This document shows positions 19,904-30,087 of a stretch of DNA of 64,000 nucleotides, piece by piece. This DNA comes from Candidatus Puniceispirillum sp. (GTDB lineage: Bacteria; Pseudomonadota; Alphaproteobacteria; Puniceispirillales; Puniceispirillaceae), in contig JADHOR010000005.1 of NCBI GenBank assembly GCA_016778895.1, forward strand, positions 33,636-97,635, in the 5' to 3' direction. Position 1 is the stretch's first letter. The number at the start of each line of letters is the position of its first letter. Both the position numbers and the translations under genes were made by a program. The notes beneath the pieces are model-generated. The model was not told the DNA's origin. It saw nothing but the letters and a program-made list of their open reading frames with translations, and did no database searches.

Positions 19904-20935
19904 CTAGGGTTGCGCTACTGACCGACGTTTCTTCATTCGAAGCTTTTGGGTTGCTTCGTCTGTGCCGTCATGATGTGTTCCAAACCAAACATCCAGTGGC
20001 ACGTCCATGTTTCCATAATTGCAATCAAAATATTTATGGTGAAGCTGATGGTGAAAGTCAGCTGAATCGAGAATTTTGGTATCCTTATTCAAGATCTTTT
20101 CAAATCCTGAATGGGTAAATGCTGGGTTTAAGGTTACCAAAACAAGGTGGATGATAACAATTACTGGATCAGTTGGAATGATAAAATGTACCAGTGGTGA
20201 TGATTGATAAATCAGATTTTCGATCGGATGCATCGAAATCCCTGACCACGGTCCAGTATTTACATTTCTGTGGTGTGTGATGTGAACGTGTTTATAGAGA
20301 AAATGGTGGTGCAGAAGGCGATGAATAAAATAGAAGTGGGTTCCACGGATTAGAGGAAGGCATAAAATCCAGGCAAAGAATTGAAGAGGATGCGCAGAGA
20401 ATGGGGCAATGCTAATCCATTCATTTGCCATCGCGTAAAGGTACAGAACCTCGTAACTAGTCCACACAGTTACTCCACTCGCAATGCTTCAGAACATATT
20501 GTCATAGACCTGATCGTTGAATTTAAAGCCTTTGTTGTTTGATGCCATCTCCCTTTTCAGGAATTTGAATCTTGCTCCCTGTGCTTTTTGGACGTGTAAG
20601 TGCAGGTGTAAGGATCCTGCAACCAAAAACAAAAGAGCCGTATTCCGAAGGAAAACCAGAAGCACCCAGTCCAAAGTTAGCTGCTTCATTGATTGGAAAC
20701 TCGGCGTCAGATATTTGTAAGTCAAAAACCCTAAAATACTAAACATCAAGAAACGTGAGATGGTAATCCAGCGTCTCACCATCCAGTTAAAAATCTTGCC
20801 TAAATCAACAGGCCATTCAAATAGGGGGTTGTACCTGATTGGCTCTTCAGGTCTGTAATTCCATATCTCTCGGTCTCTGGAGCTCTCAGCCAATCCCATC
20901 TCCTTGCAGCCATTTGCCTCGTAATCAACGTTCAT
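19904..20935 (-). pseudogene. Fatty acid hydroxylase/sterol desaturase-family gene interrupted by one in-frame TGA
   Basis: ORFs 20489-20935 and 19904-20467 share a frame. Reading through gives ...QVYDNMF*SIASGVTVWTSYEV, with the TGA at 20489-20491 where I would expect a TGG Trp before the TM segment. The downstream part carries the His boxes HRLLHH, HITHHR and HHQLHH. Confidence 0.75.
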
Positions 20936-21000
20936 GACTGCGGGTATGCAGTTAAGAACTATATTTTCTCAGCGAAACAAAAAAGACAGAAGTTGTTTTG

Positions 21001-22620
21001 CTATAAATTGCTCTCAAGGATCATGTCCGCCGCTTTTTCGGCAATCATTAATGTTGGAGCATTTGTATTCGCAGAGGTTATTAAGGGCATAATGGAAGCG
21101 TCGACAACGCGAAGTCCGTTTACGCCGTGTACTCGTAAATCTGGTCCAACGACAGCAGCTACATCGACTCCCATTTTACAGGTTCCCACAGGATGGTATA
21201 CTGTACCACCGCCTTTGCGGATTGCGTCAAGTATCTCAGAATCTGTTTTTACTTGTTCACCGGGTACAACCTCAGCATCCCACAAATCACAAAAGTTTGA
21301 TTGTTTATATATTTCTCGGAGGATCTTAATACCCTCAACCATAGTGTCTTGATCAAGTGCATCAGTGAGGTAGTTTGGTTGAATTTTTGGATCTACGGTT
21401 GGGTCTGAAGTGACAATTTCAATCGATCCACGTGATTTGGGATGGCATTGCCAAATCGCACTGGTAAAGCCGGGGTAACGGTGTAGTGGCTCGCCAGGTT
21501 TGTCAACTGAGAGTGGCATCACAAATAACTGTAAATCTGGATGGTCTGTTGGAGCGAGGCGAGTCCGCATCGCTCCACCAACTTGTCCAGCGCCTACGGT
21601 CAGTGCTCCTCGACCACGAAAAGCCCAATCTAAACCCATCTTGAGTAGAGACAATGGGTTACGAATTTGTTTGTTTAGAGAATTTTGCGACCGCATCTGC
21701 ACGATTGTGCGCATTTGATAATGATCTTGAAGATTCTGGCCAACACCTGGGCTGTCGACAACTATATCAATCCCATGCTTTTTCAACAGCGCCCCAGGCC
21801 CAATTCCTGACAGTTGAAGGACCTGTGGAGATTGTATTGCCCCTGCAGATAAAATGACCTCAGTTTTAGCATGGATTATTTGCTTTCTTCCATCTTGGGC
21901 TATTTCAACGCCAATAGCTTTTTTGTTTTCGAAAAGGACACGGTTGACCAGTGTTTTAGTCATTATATCAAGATTTTTGCGAGATTTAGCTGGTGCCAAA
22001 AAAGCGCGAGAGGAACTTGAACGCCATCGAGAGCCAATGGACAAATGGTACTCTCCTACGCCTTCAGTTGTATCGGCATTGAAATCTTCGTTCAGTGGAA
22101 GCCCATATTGATGGGCGGCGCTTAGCCATGCAGTGCAATCAGGATGATGGTTGCGCAATTTTGATACTTGCAATTCACCGTGCGTGCCGTGGAATTGAGA
22201 GTCTCCACCATTGAAGCTTTCCAGTCTTCTAAAATATGGTAAAACTTCATTATACGACCATCCATGATTGCCAAGTGCCGACCAATCATCAAAATTTTGA
22301 TGTTGTCCACGAATAAAAATTAGTCCATTTATACTGCTGGATCCACCAATCACACACCCGCGTGGCCAGTTTATTGAGCGACCACCAGAACCGTCTCCGG
22401 GCTCGCAGGCAAAGTGCCGAGAAACCTTCGGGTTGTTCATAGTTTTGTAATAGCCAACTGGCAGCTTTAACCAGAAGCCATCATCCCAAGCGCCTGCCTC
22501 AATCAAAAGCACTTTGTTTTGTGGGCGCGACGTAAGTCGGTTGGCCAAAAGGCAACCAGCGGAGCCGGCGCCAACAATTATGTGTGTGTAACGTTTATGG
22601 AATATGTTCATAGTTTCCAA
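21001..22620 (-). CDS. GMC family FAD-dependent oxidoreductase (choline dehydrogenase-like), paralog 1
   Basis: N-terminal IIVGAGSAGCLLANRL, GGSSSINGL, and a C-terminal HPVGTCKMG ... [17 protein letters not shown]. Confidence 0.9.
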   Translation of the reverse strand: METMNIFHKRYTHIIVGAGSAGCLLANRLTSRPQNKVLLIEAGAWDDGFWLKLPVGYYKTMNNPKVSRHFACEPGDGSGGRSINWPRGCVIGGSSSINGLIFIRGQHQNFDDWSALGNHGWSYNEVLPYFRRLESFNGGDSQFHGTHGELQVSKLRNHHPDCTAWLSAAHQYGLPLNEDFNADTTEGVGEYHLSIGSRWRSSSSRAFLAPAKSRKNLDIMTKTLVNRVLFENKKAIGVEIAQDGRKQIIHAKTEVILSAGAIQSPQVLQLSGIGPGALLKKHGIDIVVDSPGVGQNLQDHYQMRTIVQMRSQNSLNKQIRNPLSLLKMGLDWAFRGRGALTVGAGQVGGAMRTRLAPTDHPDLQLFVMPLSVDKPGEPLHRYPGFTSAIWQCHPKSRGSIEIVTSDPTVDPKIQPNYLTDALDQDTMVEGIKILREIYKQSNFCDLWDAEVVPGEQVKTDSEILDAIRKGGGTVYHPVGTCKMGVDVAAVVGPDLRVHGVNGLRVVDASIMPLITSANTNAPTLMIAEKAADMILESNL

Positions 22621-22750
22621 TATTTGACTGAGACAGCGTAAAAATCCAGAACATTATTTGACTGGGCTCATTTAAGCGGTTTCCTAAGAAATGCCGCTGC
22701 TCATTATTTTTGGTGTTATGAGGCTACCAAAATAAAGCATGAAGGTCGAA

Positions 22751-22766
22751 CTGCATGCAAATGCAG
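22751..22766. promoter_or_regulatory. Inverted repeat CTGCAT-GCAA-ATGCAG in the divergent GMC/enolase promoter region
   Basis: Read directly. It is flanked by direct AGGTCGA copies (22743-22749 and 22776-22782). No regulator gene lies nearby. Confidence 0.2.
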
Positions 22767-22881
22767 AATTAACAGAGGTCGAGCCAATTTTTCTGTGTGA
22801 GAAGCGCTAACATTTCAAGCTAAAATCATCTAGGCTTGGCGTGCGTCAGGTAATACTTTTTCAATTTGCAGGAGATTTTGT

Positions 22882-24000
22882 GTGATCAAAATAAATTCTG
22901 TTGAGGCTTGGGTATATCGTTATCCTCTAGCAACCAATGTTCAAACCTCGTTTGGCACAATGTTTGATCGACCAATGGTTTTAGTTAAATTGATTGACGA
23001 GGATGGTGTGGCCGGGATTGGTGAGGTCTGGTGTAATTTCCCAGCGGTTGGTGCGGAACATCGTGCCCGCCTAATTGAGAGTGTTTTTAAACCTCTGTTG
23101 GCTGGAGAATCATATTCCAGTCCATCGGAGGCCTTCGATCTATTGACAAAAAAAACCTGGGTTCTTGGTTTGCAAACTGGCGAATTTGGACCGATCGCCC
23201 AATGCATTGCCGGTATTGACGTTGCTTTTCATGATTTAATGGCGAGGCGTGATGAAATACCGCTTTGGAAATATCTTGGTGGAGTGAGTGATAGCGTGAG
23301 GACTTATGCAAGCGGTATTAACCCTACCAAAGCTGAGAAGACTGCAGAAATGGCGCTTGAGGCGGGATATCGTGCTCTTAAGTTAAAGATTGGGTTTGAT
23401 CCGGCTCACGACATCCAGAATATCAAATCACTACATGCCTTGCTGGGTAGAGATGGGGAGCTGATGGTTGATGCAAATCAGGCTTGGACTTTAAATGAAG
23501 CTAGGGAGATGATGCAGAAAATTGCTGTGTATGACATCAAATGGCTTGAGGAGCCTATTCACGCTGACCGACCCAATGACGAATGGTTTAGTGTAAAGTC
23601 CTCGGGCAACACACCGCTCGCAGGTGGTGAAAACATCATTGGAGCCTATAGCTTTGATAATTTAATTGAGGCTGGATATCTGTCAGTTATACAACCTGAC
23701 CTCGCAAAATGGGGTGGCTTGACAGGAACAGTGACTGTTGCAAAAAAGATAATGGCGGCAGGTATGCGATATTGTCCACATTACCTTGGTGGTGGGGTTG
23801 GCTTACTCGCATCAGCACATGCGCTAGCTGCAGTCGGTGGAAACGGTATTCTAGAGGTTGATATTAACATAAATCCTCTTCGCACTATTTTTGTAGATAG
23901 ATTTTTTGAACCGTCATCGAACCTGATGAAGCTTGGAAATTCACCTGGATTAGGTGTAGACTTCGACTTAACGTCAATAAACAAATTCAGGGTTCAGTGA
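22882..24000 (+). CDS. Enolase-superfamily enzyme (mandelate racemase/muconate lactonizing family; possible acid-sugar dehydratase)
   Basis: 372 aa with a GTG start. MR/MLE-type segments KLKIG, MVDANQAWT, WLEEP and AGGEN. The 3' end overlaps the convergent GMC gene by 7 nt. Confidence 0.85.
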   Translation: MIKINSVEAWVYRYPLATNVQTSFGTMFDRPMVLVKLIDEDGVAGIGEVWCNFPAVGAEHRARLIESVFKPLLAGESYSSPSEAFDLLTKKTWVLGLQTGEFGPIAQCIAGIDVAFHDLMARRDEIPLWKYLGGVSDSVRTYASGINPTKAEKTAEMALEAGYRALKLKIGFDPAHDIQNIKSLHALLGRDGELMVDANQAWTLNEAREMMQKIAVYDIKWLEEPIHADRPNDEWFSVKSSGNTPLAGGENIIGAYSFDNLIEAGYLSVIQPDLAKWGGLTGTVTVAKKIMAAGMRYCPHYLGGGVGLLASAHALAAVGGNGILEVDININPLRTIFVDRFFEPSSNLMKLGNSPGLGVDFDLTSINKFRVQ

Positions 24001-25631
24001 GCCGTCGACGTCGATTTCCCAAGAATCATGTCTGCACCCTTTTCAGCGATCATCATTACTGCTGCGTTTAGGTTTGCCGATACCATAGTTGGCATTATAG
24101 ATGCGTCAACTACCCGAAGATTTTCAATCCCATGGACCTTTAGCTCTGCATCCACAACAGCAGTTTTGTCATTTCTGGTGCCCATACGGCAGGTTCCCAT
24201 CAAATGGTATATTGATTGACCAATTTCGCGCGCTGAGTTCAACAATTCCTCATCATTTTGGCAGGCAAAACCTGGAAAGGTCTCTTCTACAATAAAAGGC
24301 CTCAAGGCATCAGTTTGAGCTAGTTTACGACAGATTTTGATTGCGGCCAAAATTACGTTTTGGTCAGTTTCGGCGGCCAGGTAGTTTGGCTGAATTTCTG
24401 GGTGCTCAAATGGGTTTGAGCTTTTTGCCTTGATATATCCGTGACTCTCGGGACGGTGTTGCCAGGTCGCCAGGGTAAACCCAGCTTGTCTCTCCAATGT
24501 AGATTGCATGCCACGCTGGTGCGTTCCTGGGGTAAAATTAATCTGAATATCAGGGGAACTCAGACTCTCATTTGACTTAAGGAAACAAAATACGGCTGTT
24601 GGGCCAAGGTTTAATATCGACTTTTTTCCAAAACAGTATTTTGCAATCTCAGCAATCAATGGCAGTCCATGTGCTCGATTGTTGATTGTGTCAACTCCGC
24701 GAACCCGGTACGTCAACCGGGTCGCATAATGGTCCTGAAAATTGGTTCCCACGGCTGGCAGGTCATGATGAACCTCGCAGCCAATCTCTTTCAAATGGTT
24801 TGCGTCGCCAATTCCTGATAGCTGCAAAAGGTGTGGGGAGTTTATAGCGCCGGCACATAAAATTAGTTCTCTTCCTGCAGAAATTTGTCGCTCCATTTCC
24901 TGATTTTTACCCAGTTTGAATATGACGCCGGTTACGCGTTTTCCTCGTAAAAGAATCCGGGTAACGTGAGCGTTTGTGACCACCCGCAAATTGGGACGTT
25001 TTTTAGCTGGGTTTAAGAAAGCTCGGGCAGCACTCATGCGAAACCGCCCACGCACGGTACGTTGAAGATATGAAATCCCCTCTTGTGTCGCACCGTTGTA
25101 ATCTGCATTCCTTGAAATACCTAGGCTCTCTGCTCCTTTGATATAGGCCTCGCAGAGAGGGTCTCGCCAATCGAGATCACTGATGGTCATTTCACCATCG
25201 GTGCCGCGATAGGACTGATCATCCCGGGACTGATAACTCTCAAATTTTCGGAAATAAGGCAAAATATCGTCATAGGACCAACCTGTATTGCCTTTTTGTG
25301 CCCAGACATCAAAGTCCATTTTCTGGCCTCTGTTGAACCCCATTCCATTAATTGAGCTTGATCCACCAAGCACTTTACCTCGGGGAGCTGGTATGGTGCG
25401 GCCATTGGTGCCCGCACTTGGTTCGCTCGAATACATCCAGTTGAATTTTGGGTTAACTAAAGTTTTGACGAAACCAGCTGGTATATGAAGCATAGGGTGC
25501 CAGTCTTTTGGGCCTGCTTCAATAACGCAGACACTATACTTACCGCATGCGCTGAGGCGGTTTGCCAGAATGCACCCTGCAGAGCCTGCGCCTATTATTA
25601 CGTAGTCAAAAATTTCAACGTTTCCAGTCAT
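23994..25631 (-). CDS. GMC family FAD-dependent oxidoreductase, paralog 2
   Basis: DYVIIGAGSAGCILANRL, GGSSSINGM, HLMGTCRMG, NLNAAVMMIAEKGADMI. Confidence 0.9.
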   Translation of the reverse strand: MTGNVEIFDYVIIGAGSAGCILANRLSACGKYSVCVIEAGPKDWHPMLHIPAGFVKTLVNPKFNWMYSSEPSAGTNGRTIPAPRGKVLGGSSSINGMGFNRGQKMDFDVWAQKGNTGWSYDDILPYFRKFESYQSRDDQSYRGTDGEMTISDLDWRDPLCEAYIKGAESLGISRNADYNGATQEGISYLQRTVRGRFRMSAARAFLNPAKKRPNLRVVTNAHVTRILLRGKRVTGVIFKLGKNQEMERQISAGRELILCAGAINSPHLLQLSGIGDANHLKEIGCEVHHDLPAVGTNFQDHYATRLTYRVRGVDTINNRAHGLPLIAEIAKYCFGKKSILNLGPTAVFCFLKSNESLSSPDIQINFTPGTHQRGMQSTLERQAGFTLATWQHRPESHGYIKAKSSNPFEHPEIQPNYLAAETDQNVILAAIKICRKLAQTDALRPFIVEETFPGFACQNDEELLNSAREIGQSIYHLMGTCRMGTRNDKTAVVDAELKVHGIENLRVVDASIMPTMVSANLNAAVMMIAEKGADMILGKSTSTAH

Positions 25632-25668
25632 AACTCACCACTCCGTTTTCTGACCAGCTTGGGTAAAT

Positions 25669-27315
25669 TTACTCAGTGATCAGAAAGCCTTGGTATCCGC
25701 TTACCGCGATGAAATCACAGTGGTTTCGATAATGATTTAATCCAAAAACGTATGGCATAAAGACCCGTGGTTTTCCGGGAACGTTTGCGCCAAGGTACCA
25801 GGAATGATTAGCTTTCGGTAAAAGCGTTTTGTTGGCTACATCGGTAACATGTTCGGTCCATTCGTTGGCAGCTGCCTCCCTGGCTTCAACCTTGGAGTAA
25901 CCTCTCTGAACCATGTGGCGTAGCAAATCTGTAATCCAATCGACATGCTGTTCAATTGCACGTGGCATGTTTGTTAATACTGATGGGCTGCCAGGCCCAG
26001 TTATGGTGAACATGTTTGGGAATTTTGGGACAGCTAGACCTAGATATGTTTGTGGGCCAGCAAGCCATGCTTCCGCTAGTTTTAGGCCGTCCCTCCCTTT
26101 AATGTTCATTTTTTGCAGTGCTCCGGTCATCGCGTCAAAGCCTGTCGCAAAGACTATCATATCCGCTTCTATTTTTGTGTCATCGGTCAATATTATTCCT
26201 GCAGAGGAGCATGAAGCTATAGGGTTTTGCCTGACGTCAATTAGATGCACATGTTCAAGGTTGTATGTCTCAAAATAATTAGTATCGATTGGTGGCCGCT
26301 TGGTACCAAACGGGTGATCTTTCGGTAATAATTTTTTCGCTGTTTTGACATTGTGGACGGTACTCATGATTTTCTGCCTGATAAATTCAGACATTATGTT
26401 GTTTGACTCTTCATCTAGGAGTACATCGTCAAAACTTTCACGAAAACTGAGCCCACCATGTTCCCATGCAGCTTCCATAATCCTGTAGCGTTCTTCTGCT
26501 GAGGTTTTCCGAACCTGACGATCCGGTGCTATCCATGGGTGTCCATGGCGTGACTCCAGCATTTTTGATCTCCAAGAATCAATGTCTTCGATGAATGCCG
26601 AATGGAAATCTCTGGATAGCGGCCTATTACGCGCGGGTACGCTATAATTAGGCGTTCTCTGAAGCACATACAGTTTTTTCGCATACTTCGCAATTTCAGG
26701 AATTGCCTGAATTCCGGTTGAGCCTGTACCAATAACGACGATTGTCTTTTTTTCAAAATCAACTGTGTCATGGGGCCATTGACCAGTGTGATAAATTTCA
26801 CCTTTGAAATCAGAAAGGCCATCAATATCTGGCATATTTGCTGAAGAAAGACACCCAACGGCAGTAATTAAAAAACGCGCTATGAAAGTCTGACCAGTTT
26901 GTGTTTTTACGTGCCAAAGTTGTGAATTAGCGTCCCACTCGGCTTCTGTCACACGCTCATTAAAACGAATGTCTTTTTTGAGGTCCAGTTTTTGGGCGCA
27001 AAAATTTAGGTAGCGCAAGATTTCTGCTTGTCCAGGATACCGTTCAGACCATGACCATTCTTCAAGCAAATGCTTGTCAAAATAGTAGCAGTAAGTATGA
27101 CTTTCAGAGTCACAACGCGCACCGGGGTAGCGATTCCAATACCAGGTGCCCCCTACATCACCTCCAGCCTCAAGAACCTTAACTTTATGATTTAGTTTTT
27201 CACGCAAGCAATACAGCTGATATAGGCCTGAAAACCCTGCACCAACAATGATAGCGTCAAGGGTGTGATTGTCATGTTTCATTGTACCAACTTTCAAGAA
27301 ATTATTTTTTTTCAA
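25669..27315 (-). CDS. Baeyer-Villiger (cyclohexanone-type) flavin monooxygenase
   Basis: Two Rossmann motifs (VGAGFSGL, GTGSTG) and the BVMO fingerprint FxGxxxHxxxW as FKGEIYHTGQWP. It is 37 nt upstream of GMC paralog 2 on the same strand. Confidence 0.9.
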   Translation of the reverse strand: MKKNNFLKVGTMKHDNHTLDAIIVGAGFSGLYQLYCLREKLNHKVKVLEAGGDVGGTWYWNRYPGARCDSESHTYCYYFDKHLLEEWSWSERYPGQAEILRYLNFCAQKLDLKKDIRFNERVTEAEWDANSQLWHVKTQTGQTFIARFLITAVGCLSSANMPDIDGLSDFKGEIYHTGQWPHDTVDFEKKTIVVIGTGSTGIQAIPEIAKYAKKLYVLQRTPNYSVPARNRPLSRDFHSAFIEDIDSWRSKMLESRHGHPWIAPDRQVRKTSAEERYRIMEAAWEHGGLSFRESFDDVLLDEESNNIMSEFIRQKIMSTVHNVKTAKKLLPKDHPFGTKRPPIDTNYFETYNLEHVHLIDVRQNPIASCSSAGIILTDDTKIEADMIVFATGFDAMTGALQKMNIKGRDGLKLAEAWLAGPQTYLGLAVPKFPNMFTITGPGSPSVLTNMPRAIEQHVDWITDLLRHMVQRGYSKVEAREAAANEWTEHVTDVANKTLLPKANHSWYLGANVPGKPRVFMPYVFGLNHYRNHCDFIAVSGYQGFLITE

Positions 27316-27479
27316 TTCAACTAGAAATTATTCTCAGTGCGATTAGCTTTACTACGGTTGTATGCAAAGTTACCAACTCATGCGAATTGTTCAAATGTGA
27401 AAAATTTGCAGTTGTAGGTCTGGGATGGTGTAATCATTTCTCCTTGCGATAAAAATTCCTAGAAAAGGATTGTGGTTTG

Positions 27480-28256
27480 ATGATTAAACTTCAACAAAAA
27501 TCGATTGTAGTTACAGGTGGTGCCAGCGGTATTGGAGCCGCTATTTGCACTGCTGCGCATAAAGAAGGGGCTACGGTTGGTATCGTTGATATTAATGGTG
27601 ATGCGGCGCAAGAGTTATGCACAGCGCTTGGCCGTCGCGCTCACTTTGCGGTTGGTGATGTTGAGTCGGAAGGATCAATAGATGCTGCGCTGGAGAAGCT
27701 CTCTACAAGCATGCCTGCCTTTAACGGTTGTGTGACCTCCGCGGGCATAATGCCAACCCGAGAACCAATAGAAGAAATGCCACTAGAAAATTTTAAAAGA
27801 GTGCTTGAAAATCATATCAACGGCACATTCGTTACTTGCAAATTAGTTGGCAGGCGAATGCTAGCCACAGGTGGAGGTTCTATAGTTACAATGTCATCAG
27901 TGTTGGCGTTGAGACCTGGGCCTGTACTAGGATATGGCGCTGGTAAAGCAGCAATAAAGAATCTTACCCAGGCCATGGCTGTTCAATGGAGCAAAAAAAA
28001 TATCCGTGTCAACACAATCTGTCCGGGTTGGGTTGACACCCCGTTTATCAGAAAACAGGAAGCAGCGGGACGAGATTTATCACCAATTCTCAACATGACG
28101 CCGATGGGCAGAATGGCCTTGCCGTCAGAGATTGCCAATATTGCTTTGTTTTTGTTATCTGATTTATCGAGCGCCATGACAGGTTCTGTCACTGTTGCTG
28201 ATTGCGGCATAACACTTGCCGGCGGATATCTTCCATATGGAGAATTACCTGAATAG
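27480..28256 (+). CDS. Short-chain dehydrogenase/reductase (SDR)
   Basis: TGGASGIGAAI cofactor motif and the YGAGKAA (YxxxK) catalytic motif. I prefer ATG 27480 over the TTG at 27477. Confidence 0.9.
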   Translation: MIKLQQKSIVVTGGASGIGAAICTAAHKEGATVGIVDINGDAAQELCTALGRRAHFAVGDVESEGSIDAALEKLSTSMPAFNGCVTSAGIMPTREPIEEMPLENFKRVLENHINGTFVTCKLVGRRMLATGGGSIVTMSSVLALRPGPVLGYGAGKAAIKNLTQAMAVQWSKKNIRVNTICPGWVDTPFIRKQEAAGRDLSPILNMTPMGRMALPSEIANIALFLLSDLSSAMTGSVTVADCGITLAGGYLPYGELPE

Positions 28257-28323
28257 ACAAAGTGTATCTGTATTGATCAAACTTTCTTTTAATCAAATTC
28301 TTATGTGAGTGTAGCTTCAGGAA

Positions 28324-29211
28324 GTGTTGGGAACTGTGGAACAAAAAATCCTTTTTATTGGGCTCGGAATTATGGGAGCTCCAATGGCAAAAAACATTAT
28401 TCGAGAGGGCTTTGACGTTGCTGTGTGCGACATTCAGCAGAATGTTGTCGACGGATTTAAGGGCGTCGCCTCGGCCGGATCGACTAATCCCTGTGAGGCG
28501 GCTGATCAACGTAATGTAATTATGATGATACTGCCAAACAGTGATATTGTTGATGCAGTGTTGTTTGATAAGGGTGGCGTTTTGGAAACCTGTGCACCAA
28601 ACAGCCTTATTGTGGATATGTCGACAGGCTCATACCCAAAATTGATGGAAACAGCAAAGCGTGTTGCCAACCGGGGTCACAGATTTGTTGATGCACCTGT
28701 TGGCCGGACACCTCGGGAGGCAATCACCGGCAACCTTCTCGTGATGGCGGGTGGAGAGGCAGATGACGTTGCAGCGCTTGATGGTGTTTTCAACGCCGTG
28801 GGCGATACAATTCTTCATGTTGGTCCAGTAGGTTGCGGCTTGAAAGCAAAACTTGTCAATAATTACATGGCTATGGTCAATAACGCATTGACTGGAGAAA
28901 CGCTTTCTCTAGCAAAGGCTGCGGGACTTGATGTAAGGGCTATGGCAAAATTGATGAGTTCAACGGCGGCTGGGCTTGGTCAACTCAATACAAATTATCC
29001 TAAAAAAGTTCTTGCAGGCGACCTGACGCCAGACTTTCCGATTTTTATGGCGGTTAAGGATTTGAATATGGCAATAGAGCTTGCAGAAATTGCAAACCAC
29101 AAAGTTCAATTTGGAAGAGTGGCTCGAGAAAAGTTCATCAGTGCAGAAAAAGCTGGGATGGGGGGCCTTGATCAAACAGCTATTCTTGAATATTTCATGG
29201 GCTCCCAGTGA
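28324..29211 (+). CDS. HIBADH-family NAD(P)-dependent beta-hydroxyacid dehydrogenase or aldehyde reductase (intact paralog)
   Basis: GLGIMGAPMA Rossmann motif, DAPVGRTP and GPVGCGLKAKLVNNY. The start is uncertain: GTG at 28324 or GTG at 28336. Confidence 0.85.
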   Translation: MLGTVEQKILFIGLGIMGAPMAKNIIREGFDVAVCDIQQNVVDGFKGVASAGSTNPCEAADQRNVIMMILPNSDIVDAVLFDKGGVLETCAPNSLIVDMSTGSYPKLMETAKRVANRGHRFVDAPVGRTPREAITGNLLVMAGGEADDVAALDGVFNAVGDTILHVGPVGCGLKAKLVNNYMAMVNNALTGETLSLAKAAGLDVRAMAKLMSSTAAGLGQLNTNYPKKVLAGDLTPDFPIFMAVKDLNMAIELAEIANHKVQFGRVAREKFISAEKAGMGGLDQTAILEYFMGSQ

Positions 29212-29307
29212 CTGCGCATCAAAAGCTAATCAACCAGCATGTCAACGGCCAATTAACTGCTCAAATGCAAACAATAGGCAGAACAAAGCTGCAAGAGCAA
29301 GAAAGGT

Positions 29308-29334
29308 TCCGTAAATTGTATCTTTTACGGATTT
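29308..29334 (+). terminator. Hairpin TCCGTAAA / TTTACGGA followed by TTT (weak terminator candidate)
   Basis: An 8-bp stem (29308-29315 with 29324-29331) and an 8-nt loop, then TTTGGG. It lies about 95 nt after the HIBADH-like stop and overlaps a possible small minus-strand ORF. Confidence 0.25.
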
Positions 29335-29506
29335 GGGTGCAGTGATTTTCTGGATGGCTGACAAGAATAGTTCTTCAATCACTTTTGCTGATCGATAAAT
29401 GATCATTGACGCGCCTCACATGATTGATGTTTAACTTTTAAAGAGTCGCTCATAGCCTACATGTTATAAGATCATATGGCTAAAATTTAATGTTTGCCAA
29501 TTTGAT

Positions 29507-30025
29507 TTGCCCAAAAGCTCATATTCAGGAGAGAAAAATTTGCAGTGGCTAAAGATAATATTGATCGCCATGGTTGCGTTTTATATTTCCTCAGCCGTTG
29601 CAGATGATTTAAATGCTGGCTTTGTAAAACTCTCAGAGGGCAAACCAGATGAGGCAGTCAAACTATGGGTACCATTGGCAGAATCTGGTGACAAAGTTGC
29701 ACAGGCAAGTCTTGGTTTGCTCTACCAGACTGGCCAGGGGGCGCCCCAAGACCAACTCCGAGCTGTTGAGCTTTTTAGGAAATCGGCGAAGCAGGGTTAT
29801 CCTTTTGCTTTTACGGCTCTTGCAAACAGCTACCACGAAGGAATGGGTGTCGAAAAAAGCCTAAGAAAGGCGCTGTATTGGTTCTTGTTATCAGCTGAAT
29901 TTGACCCCAACGCTGCGTTTATGGTTCAGGCAATTGCTGCGGAATTGCCAGCTGGGACTTTTGATGAAATTGTCGCGCAGGCGGTTGCATGTCAAGCCAG
30001 CCAGTACTCCAAATGCCGTTTTTAA
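29507..30025 (+). CDS. Sel1/TPR-like repeat protein with an N-terminal signal or anchor
   Basis: A hydrophobic N-terminus (LKIILIAMVAFYISSAVA) followed by Sel1-type repeats (AQASLGLLYQTGQGAPQD..., FTALANSYHEGMGVEKS...). The start codon is uncertain. Confidence 0.7.
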   Translation: MPKSSYSGEKNLQWLKIILIAMVAFYISSAVADDLNAGFVKLSEGKPDEAVKLWVPLAESGDKVAQASLGLLYQTGQGAPQDQLRAVELFRKSAKQGYPFAFTALANSYHEGMGVEKSLRKALYWFLLSAEFDPNAAFMVQAIAAELPAGTFDEIVAQAVACQASQYSKCRF

Positions 30026-30087
30026 GCCGCTTTGTCTGTTAAGTCAAAATTTAGCTTTTACCCAGTTCCCCCAAAACTTGCAGGCCC

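Noticed and set aside
19133-20491. In-frame TAA and TGA as programmed recoding (selenocysteine, TGA read as Trp, or read-through)
   Set aside because: All other genes in the window terminate normally at TAA, TAG and TGA. I saw no SECIS-like hairpin after the TGA, and the expected residue there is Trp, not Cys or Sec. Nonsense mutation or sequencing error is the simpler explanation.
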